A stretch of 21,813 bases of DNA from Oopsacas minuta (Eukaryota; Animalia; Porifera), in contig JAKMXF010000106.1 of the NCBI GenBank assembly GCA_024704765.1, positions 6,294 to 28,106 on the forward strand, written 5' to 3'. Below are positions 20,612-21,813 of this stretch, piece after piece. The notes under the pieces were generated by a model. The model was given only the letters and a program-made list of their open reading frames with translations, made no database searches and was not told the DNA's origin. The first letter of the stretch is position 1; every line of letters begins with the position of its first letter. The translations under genes and the position numbers were made by a program.

Positions 20612-21813
20612 CAAGGTTAGGTTTTGTCCTATCCAAATGTGGTTTTGGACGGACAGTGGGAAAAACCCGGTTTTTACCAGTCAAAACTGGTCGAAACCGG
20701 TCAAAACAGGGCAATATTGGTCAATTCTATACCCTTCAATAACAAGAATACATATATAACTTGTTGGTATCTAATTTTGATTTGGTAATATACTATTGAC
20801 ACAAGCTTACAATGAAACAGTAAAGTGATCATAAATGTGTGGTTTCAACCAATTAATATACTAATAAAGTATTCGTACATATATACTTTCTAAATGGGTA
20901 TAATTATCCAAAGCATTTGGGATATTATAGAAGTTGTATACTATCGTGGAGATTGTATATCTTACTCACCTAAATTGACCAGTTTGAAATGGCACAGGGA
21001 AGAGGGCACATTGATTCAGTATGGAAATTTTTCATCAAAGTTGAAGATAGTGGAAAACACGAGCGAAGTGTATAAAATGTAGTGCTATGATCAGCGCAAA
21101 GGCTGGGAGGCTTATAACTCATCTTGAAAAATGCTCTCAAAGCGAACTTCAAAATATATTTCCTAAAGACGACATTCCTGAAATATTAGTACCTTTTAAC
21201 AGTAGTGACTCAACTATACCACCAGAAAAACGTGTATGCCATAAGATAATTCAACCCAAGTTGAATGATTTCACAATTCAGACCAGCCCTCACCAGAAAG
21301 AAATTCTCGCCAATCAGATTGCCCGCTTATTTTATGCTTGTAATCTTCCGTTTAACCTCGCTGAGAATGACGTATTCAAAAAGTCAATTTCTATGCTTAG
21401 ACCTGGTTATACACTTCCTGCAAGGAAAAGTCTAGCTGGAGGTCTTCTTGACAAAATATTTAATGAAGTAACCACAATGACTGCTTCAGCTCTGGAAGGC
21501 AAGGATGTTACTCTAGTACAGGATGGATGGAGTGACATACACAACTCCCATGTAATTGCCCATTGTGTACATTTAAGAGAAATCTTATTTTCTGAATTCT
21601 CTTGACACTGGGTCAAACAAGAAAACTGCTACTTATTGTACTTCTTTAGCTATCGGAGCGTCCAAAGAAGCAACTGATAATTTTGGGTGTAACGTTGTTG
21701 CTATTGTTACTGATAATGAACAAAAAATGCAGTCAATGCGCTCAAAGTTGAAATTGCTTGACAGCTCACTTTCAGTATACGGCTGTGCATCGCATTTATT
21801 GAACCTGTTGGGG
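20612..21813 (+). mobile_element. hAT transposon 5' part; continues past the window end
   Basis: CCACTACT|CAAGGTTAGGTTTTGTCC matches the inverted right end at 15075 (CAGGGTTCGCAGGTTTTGTCC, 3-nt indel). Subterminal GGTTTT/AAAACC repeats. Confidence 0.85.
20989..21813 (+). pseudogene. hAT transposase N-terminal half with BED finger; two frameshifts (~21055, ~21575)
   Basis: VWKFF..KCIKC..RLITHLEKC (BED); FYACNLPF; LVQDGWS (first D); IVTDNE (second D); YGCASHLLNL (CxxH). Confidence 0.9.

Noticed and set aside
1-21813. Species assignment
   Set aside because: The transposon mix and AT content fit many invertebrates; there is no diagnostic marker.

Overview
AT-rich eukaryotic (invertebrate-like) nuclear DNA, mostly decayed DNA transposons, not prokaryotic. 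Recognisable elements: a DD37D (maT-type) Tc1/mariner, a Chapaev with ~410-bp TIRs, a Chapaev3, a THAP/P-element-like transposase relic, a BED-finger hAT, and several MITEs or foldback elements. Between them lie exon-like minus-strand segments of an unidentified host gene. Two things stand out. (1) Two insertions appear as halves in swapped order yet with matching target-site duplications (GCAC at 454 and 13614; CCACTACT at 15076 and 20604). This implies either that contigs joined at Ns (4625, 14417, 17648-17969) are misordered or misoriented, or that there is a large duplication. (2) A 177-codon minus-strand frame (1784-1254) has six TGA but no TAA/TAG, and other exon-like frames also hit TGA first. 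This hints at TGA recoding or editing, but a standard-code splicing explanation exists and the statistics are only suggestive. All alignments and translations were done by eye; no database searches were run.
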